From Minisyncoccota bacterium (GTDB lineage Bacteria; Patescibacteriota; Minisyncoccia; JAHISW01; Tagabacteraceae), in assembly GCA_028711505.1 (NCBI GenBank), contig JAQTSC010000001.1, positions 168,604 through 232,603 of the forward strand: a stretch of 64,000 bases of DNA. Reading direction: 5' to 3'. Below the pieces are notes generated by a model. The model worked only from the letters and a program-made list of their open reading frames with translations, had not been told where the DNA came from and ran no database searches. Made by a program: the position numbers and the translations under genes. Below, one piece after another: positions 59,686-64,000 of this stretch (position 1 is its first letter; each line of letters begins with the position of its first letter).

Positions 59686-60330
59686 TTACTCAGCAAATGC
59701 AGTTAAATGTGGCCAAATTTTGTATTTTCCAAGCACTTTTTCTGGTTCATAGATCTCATACCATGGAGTCATTGCTATTGTATTTTCCTTGCCCTCGACT
59801 GGCACAGAGACATATTCGAGCAGTTTCTTGGGCGGTAACACGCCTTCATTTTCTTTTATTAAAAATACTTCAAAACCACTCTGAGGAATAATCCGTGCTT
59901 TCAAGACACCTTGTCGAATAAGTTTTCTAACAGTTGGCGACTTCATTTTAAAATAAGTATCAAATTCCCAAGTCGCATACCAATCTTTATCGTTATAGCA
60001 AATCTTACCAGAAATAATTTTCTTGTTGACCGCGTCCTGACAAGCAAGACATTTTTTACCCCATTTATCATACCAAAGCTGTTCGTCCTTAATTGAGGCG
60101 TGGCAAATACCACAATTATAGGTTTGACCATCCATTAAACAATAACCCTTGGGATGATCTTTTAGTTTTTCTTTAAGTTTTAATTCTCGCACGTGGCTAT
60201 CAAACAAAATTTTATATAAACCAACCAAACGCTCGCCAGACTCACGAGCTTCTTCAAAGGAAATTTCTTTTCCATATTCTTTTTTGAAAATTTCCTGAAA
60301 TTCTTTAATTGCTTTTTCTGATAAAGACAT
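59686..60330 (-). CDS. Zn-ribbon (CxxC...CxxC) hypothetical protein, terminal gene of the CBASS-like operon
   Basis: YNCGICH...CLACQD. Start abuts the upstream stop, suggesting translational coupling. Very AT-rich. Confidence 0.5.
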   Translation of the reverse strand: MSLSEKAIKEFQEIFKKEYGKEISFEEARESGERLVGLYKILFDSHVRELKLKEKLKDHPKGYCLMDGQTYNCGICHASIKDEQLWYDKWGKKCLACQDAVNKKIISGKICYNDKDWYATWEFDTYFKMKSPTVRKLIRQGVLKARIIPQSGFEVFLIKENEGVLPPKKLLEYVSVPVEGKENTIAMTPWYEIYEPEKVLGKYKIWPHLTAFAE

Positions 60331-61014
60331 TTATTTTTTGTTAGCGATCTTATATATAATTTGATCTATACTCTCAAGAGTCTTTTTGGCATCTTTTGCT
60401 CTAATTTGACCTTTATATTTTTTCATTAACTCAAAATGACAATTTCTTAATTTTTTATTACTACCACAATAACAATTCCAGTGTCCTTTGATTTTCTTTT
60501 TGGTTAGATATTCGATAAATCTATAGACTGCTTTTATATCGTCTGTATTTAATATTTCCTTATAAAATTGAAGGGCTCCGTCTAACCCGTGCGCGTATGC
60601 CTTATCCTTGTTTTTGCCACCACTTACCTCGTATTCTATTTGCCAGAGAAAAAATGGCTCAACCAATTTTTTCATAAAATCAAGAATTGTAGATTTTTCG
60701 TTCCAGTACAAAAAGATTGCATCTCTAAAACACAAACACGCCTTTCCATCATTTTCAAAATGCCGGTCTGGAACTGTAGGAATTCGATTCCCAGTTTCTC
60801 TAACTTCTGGTATTTCTTGTGGAAAGTTATAAGGCACCTGTATATCAATCTTAAAACTATCCAGAATAGTATTTTTACTGTCCCTGATTCTAAGAGTGCC
60901 TTTTATATGAACTAGATTATTCTCTATTGAAACGACTAGGGTTGGATAATTTTTGTCAATTTCTGATTTGAGGGAGTTAAATAGTTCTTTATTTTGGAGA
61001 TGCCAATAGTTCAT
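60331..61014 (-). CDS. Possible E2 (UBC-fold)-like protein (CBASS Cap2-E2-only type)
   Basis: RHFENDGKACLCFRDAIFLYW resembles the E2 HPN-x-G-x-ICL-x-IL active-site segment, with Cys in the expected position. Confidence 0.35.
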   Translation of the reverse strand: MNYWHLQNKELFNSLKSEIDKNYPTLVVSIENNLVHIKGTLRIRDSKNTILDSFKIDIQVPYNFPQEIPEVRETGNRIPTVPDRHFENDGKACLCFRDAIFLYWNEKSTILDFMKKLVEPFFLWQIEYEVSGGKNKDKAYAHGLDGALQFYKEILNTDDIKAVYRFIEYLTKKKIKGHWNCYCGSNKKLRNCHFELMKKYKGQIRAKDAKKTLESIDQIIYKIANKK

Positions 61015-61017
61015 AAC

Positions 61018-61902
61018 TTAGCAATTCAGCCATGGTTTGGGTGCGTTGCCTTGATTGCTATTTGTTTTAAAAGAATTAACCACATAGCTTTTATCAGTAT
61101 CCTCCGCGATGCCAAATAATTCCTCCCAATTATCATTATTAATCAACTCAATTGCTTTTGTAGCAGCCGCAGACAGATTACTTTTTACGGTACTATCAAA
61201 TAGCGAACTAAGGTCGTTTCCTGAATTGGCAGGATCCTCAATCGAAATATTATCTATGTTGGTACTTAATTCTTCAAAGAATTTCTTAAGGCATTTCCCT
61301 AAACCATCATCATCTTTACTTTTTTCTAGAACCTTAACAACTAAAAGCTCCAAAACAAAAGTTTTTACATCAATTGAATAGATGTTTTTCCAAATCTTAA
61401 CCAATTTTATTGTTTTGGTTAGTGCACTATCTTTAATATGACTGATATGTACATCAAGATTAGTCTTTAGGCGTTTTTTATCACCCGATGACTGATAAAG
61501 AAAAGTGTCACTTTCAGAATCATCAACAAATCTTCCTGGGACAACATCGATATGAAAATCAAATTTATTTTCGCCCTGGAGACGTAACGCTGACTTCTTT
61601 GAGACAATCGTATATTGCTTTGATAGCGAATCTTTAACATTATTAAAAATATCTTCCAAATTATCTCCCGCTGAATCATCGTCATGCTTAAAATAACAGA
61701 CAATATCTAAGTCATAACTAGCTTTTATCATGGTCTCTTTTTTATAAGAACCAGCATATCTAATCACTGGGTTTCCGTCGAAAGAGTCAGAGATAGCCTT
61801 CTCCACCTTTGCTTTCTCTTCTTGCATGGCCTTGGCCTCTGCAGAATCTTTTGTTAAACCTTCTTTACTCAATATTTGCTCTAAATATTTTTCTGTTTCC
61901 AT
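61018..61902 (-). CDS. SMODS-type nucleotidyltransferase (CD-NTase-like second-messenger synthase)
   Basis: GS-x10-DLD (RYAGSYKKETMIKASYDLDIV) and third acidic residue in FDFHIDVVPG. Confidence 0.65.
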   Translation of the reverse strand: METEKYLEQILSKEGLTKDSAEAKAMQEEKAKVEKAISDSFDGNPVIRYAGSYKKETMIKASYDLDIVCYFKHDDDSAGDNLEDIFNNVKDSLSKQYTIVSKKSALRLQGENKFDFHIDVVPGRFVDDSESDTFLYQSSGDKKRLKTNLDVHISHIKDSALTKTIKLVKIWKNIYSIDVKTFVLELLVVKVLEKSKDDDGLGKCLKKFFEELSTNIDNISIEDPANSGNDLSSLFDSTVKSNLSAAATKAIELINNDNWEELFGIAEDTDKSYVVNSFKTNSNQGNAPKPWLNC

Positions 61903-61912
61903 ATTTTTATAA

Positions 61913-63061
61913 TTAATTAATTGTTAATGAATACTTAAATTTACCTTTGTTGTACGTATTATAGATTTTTAATTTTGGGTCAGAATGTTTATTTAATGAT
62001 CTGCCGCAAACTATCGCCACTGGGGCAGGGACTGCTGGGAAAACATCAATATTTTTTAAACCAACATGCTCATTTTTAATTTTACTTATCGTATCGGAAA
62101 AACACTTTTCAAAATTTAATAAGTCTTTTTGCGTTCTTAGAAAGTTGTAATTCGGACTTCCCACTAAAGACAGTTCGTATATATAATATTTTTTGTCTAT
62201 TTTTGTGGGTAGCAAATCTCGTTTTATTGTTCCAGACAACGATAGTAATAATGCCACCTTGCTCTTATCTTGTCCTTTGTCGGTTAACTTAAACTGGTAA
62301 TCGGCCTTTGGTTTTCCATTTTTCCACTCCCAGTTTTCTCCGTCACGATGGCGTTGGAATATTTTAGTTTTGATTTTATTATCTAATTTCGAACCCAAAT
62401 ACATAAGAAGCGGCATAGGTCCTATTCCAAAAATTGACACATGTTCTATTTTTTCTCTTTTTAAATCAGAATAGAATTTATCAAGGGTGCTATTGATATC
62501 TCGCGATTTTGACTTCCAATAATCACTGCTGTCTTGTCCTGGATTATTAGAAAAATCAACTTCTTCGAATTTGTCTTCACAAGGTATTAATCCAGCTTTC
62601 ATTAGTGCCTTTACGATATCAGGGGTTGATAATTTAACAGTCTCAGAGTTTATATTGGCAACCATTTTCAAAACTTTTGTTTGTCTTTTCTGATCAAAAC
62701 TTGTAGATAACAGAATTCGTTTTTCGTGCTCAGCTTTATAATCTTGCAGTTGCTGAGCGGTGTAATATTCATCCTGTCCTGTTTTATCAATTTTCTCATG
62801 GCAATCAGGACACGCTAATAGTAAATTACTAACGTTATTTTTATCAGTGATATATTTATTAGCCCTGGGGCCTTTATTACTAAAGGCATATATATGAGCC
62901 ATTTCTCCCCATACAAATTGTTGCCTTGTTGTGGAATCTTTGATTACTAGCTTGTTACAAATTTCGCACCTACCAGCAGATTTCGCGAATAATAAAACCT
63001 TAGTATTTTCCTTAATACCACGACCATTTTTTATTTCTGTAATTTTTATATCTGTATTCAT
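61913..63061 (-). CDS. HNH endonuclease fused to a SAVED-like sensor domain (Cap5-like CBASS effector)
   Basis: HNH motif CEICNK..H..N..ACPDCH in the first ~100 aa. The remaining ~280 aa is the size and position of a SAVED domain. Confidence 0.55.
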   Translation of the reverse strand: MNTDIKITEIKNGRGIKENTKVLLFAKSAGRCEICNKLVIKDSTTRQQFVWGEMAHIYAFSNKGPRANKYITDKNNVSNLLLACPDCHEKIDKTGQDEYYTAQQLQDYKAEHEKRILLSTSFDQKRQTKVLKMVANINSETVKLSTPDIVKALMKAGLIPCEDKFEEVDFSNNPGQDSSDYWKSKSRDINSTLDKFYSDLKREKIEHVSIFGIGPMPLLMYLGSKLDNKIKTKIFQRHRDGENWEWKNGKPKADYQFKLTDKGQDKSKVALLLSLSGTIKRDLLPTKIDKKYYIYELSLVGSPNYNFLRTQKDLLNFEKCFSDTISKIKNEHVGLKNIDVFPAVPAPVAIVCGRSLNKHSDPKLKIYNTYNKGKFKYSLTIN

Positions 63062-63065
63062 ATCT

Positions 63066-63701
63066 CTATTTTTTAATAACTCTAACAGCGACCCCGTTGA
63101 CCATATAGCTAGAGCTGTTTATATCTGATTCGTGTAAAATAATCGGTGGAATTTCTTGTGTTGATTCAGAAACAAGACGAATTTCGTGTTTACTGTCATC
63201 TTTAAAAAACTTCTTGAAATTGGCCGCACCGTCAATGATGGATAAAACATAATCCCCATTGCTCGGTTGCTGTTTGCAATCAACGATTACATAGTCGCCG
63301 TCTTCAATATTTTCACCTCCAATATTTGCCTTATTCAGAGAGTCACCGACAGCTCTCACAGCAATCAGTCCGTCAGGCTTAGATCTCTTAAGCGATGTTT
63401 GAGTAATTTTTAAGTATTTCTGGATATCTTCCTGGGCCAACTCCATAGCTGGACCGCAGTTGGCAGATCCAACCAGTGGGATGCTAAATAATTTATCTAC
63501 AGCAAAAGCTTTAGGTTTCGCCACCCTCTGACGCTTTTTAATATCCAAATACAGAAGTCCTTTCTTTTTAAGTTGATCAAGATGATAGATCACTGTCTGT
63601 GGATTGGGAATACCTAGCTCACGGCCTATTTCTCTGAAAGTCATCTTGGAAATATCCTTTTTCTTAGCTAAATCTATTAATTTTTGTTGGTTTTCGTTCA
63701 T
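63066..63701 (-). CDS. LexA-like repressor (winged HTH + S24 peptidase autocleavage domain)
   Basis: N-terminal HTH (MTFREIGRELGIPNPQTVIYHLDQLKKKG), Ala-Gly cleavage-site region (VGSANCGPAMEL), Ser-Lys dyad context (VRAVGDSL ... K). Confidence 0.75.
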   Translation of the reverse strand: MNENQQKLIDLAKKKDISKMTFREIGRELGIPNPQTVIYHLDQLKKKGLLYLDIKKRQRVAKPKAFAVDKLFSIPLVGSANCGPAMELAQEDIQKYLKITQTSLKRSKPDGLIAVRAVGDSLNKANIGGENIEDGDYVIVDCKQQPSNGDYVLSIIDGAANFKKFFKDDSKHEIRLVSESTQEIPPIILHESDINSSSYMVNGVAVRVIKK

Positions 63702-63727
63702 AGGACTTTGTTTATAATTTCTTATTA

Positions 63728-63756
63728 ACTATTTCCATTATAATCTAAGCTGTTTC
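63728..63756 (-). promoter_or_regulatory. Sigma-70 consensus promoter of the lexA-like/CBASS-like operon
   Basis: Reverse strand reads TTGACA-N17-TATAAT exactly, about 27 nt upstream of the lexA-like ATG. Confidence 0.55.
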
Positions 63757-63782
63757 TAATGTCAATAGATTATTTATTGACA
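63752..63782. promoter_or_regulatory. Palindromic operator candidate overlapping the -35 element
   Basis: GTCAATAG-N15-CTATTGAC with a third TATTGAC half-site in the spacer. Confidence 0.4.
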
Positions 63783-63921
63783 CTATTGACGGCACCCAAC
63801 GATTGGGTATATACTTTAAGTAGGTTTGAATACCAAACAACAAACCCAAGAATCTTACGACAATTGAATAGAAATAATGCAACCTAAATAAAAAGCGAGG
63901 GCTTATCCCCTCAATCAGGCC

Positions 63922-63996
63922 GGAGCACTTATTTCACTACACCAAACACGAAATGCTTTTTTGTGTTGGAAAAGTGAAATAGGTGCTTTTTATTTT
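63922..63996 (+). terminator. Nested hairpin followed by TTTTTATTTT (plus-strand terminator-like)
   Basis: GCACTTATTTCACT...AGTGAAATAGGTGC outer stem with an inner CCAACAC/GTGTTGG stem. Confidence 0.4.
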
Positions 63997-64000
63997 GGTC

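Noticed and set aside
1-64000. CRISPR arrays, rRNA genes, additional tRNAs
   Set aside because: No regularly spaced direct repeats with unique spacers were seen. No rRNA-like conserved stretches were seen. Apart from tRNA-Asn, no other TTCGAAT T-loop motif sits in a cloverleaf context in the intergenic regions.

Overview
This is a low-to-moderate G+C bacterial chromosome fragment that looks like a small-genome, Patescibacteria/CPR-like organism.

Housekeeping genes present: frr (with the start of rseP downstream), holB, mreB, murA, an ATPase-dead priA-like gene, def and fmt, hpf, uppP, thiI, rlmN, cspA, obg, mscL, rpoD, a class II ribonucleotide reductase, and a MacAB-like ABC efflux trio. 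Many small membrane or secreted hypothetical proteins sit between them.

Three segments look horizontally acquired.
1. 36.4-37.85 kb: a conspicuously GC-rich single-gene cassette with a highly structured leader and its own terminator, followed by a relic fragment homologous to the C-terminus of the serine recombinase found further downstream.
2. 37.85-51.7 kb: a ~14 kb integrative element abutting tRNA-Asn(GTT). The large serine recombinase gene overlaps the tRNA 3' end. The element carries a Prim-Pol/helicase, an Xis-like HTH protein, a candidate sRNA, and a four-gene defence operon: hsdR, fused hsdM-hsdS, a PrrC/RloC-like AAA_13 ATPase, and a four-helix membrane protein.
3. 59.7-63.8 kb: a very AT-rich five-gene CBASS-like operon. 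In transcription order it encodes a LexA-like S24 repressor, an HNH+SAVED (Cap5-like) effector, a SMODS nucleotidyltransferase, an E2-like protein and a Zn-ribbon protein. It is driven by a perfect TTGACA-N17-TATAAT promoter overlapped by a palindromic operator.

Other notable items: a secreted protein with six tandem 4-Cys modules, a divergent DAC-domain diadenylate cyclase, an unrelated nucleotidyltransferase gene wedged antisense between def and fmt, and a (GN)n coding microsatellite in nrdJ.

No CRISPR array and no rRNA were seen. One tRNA was found.
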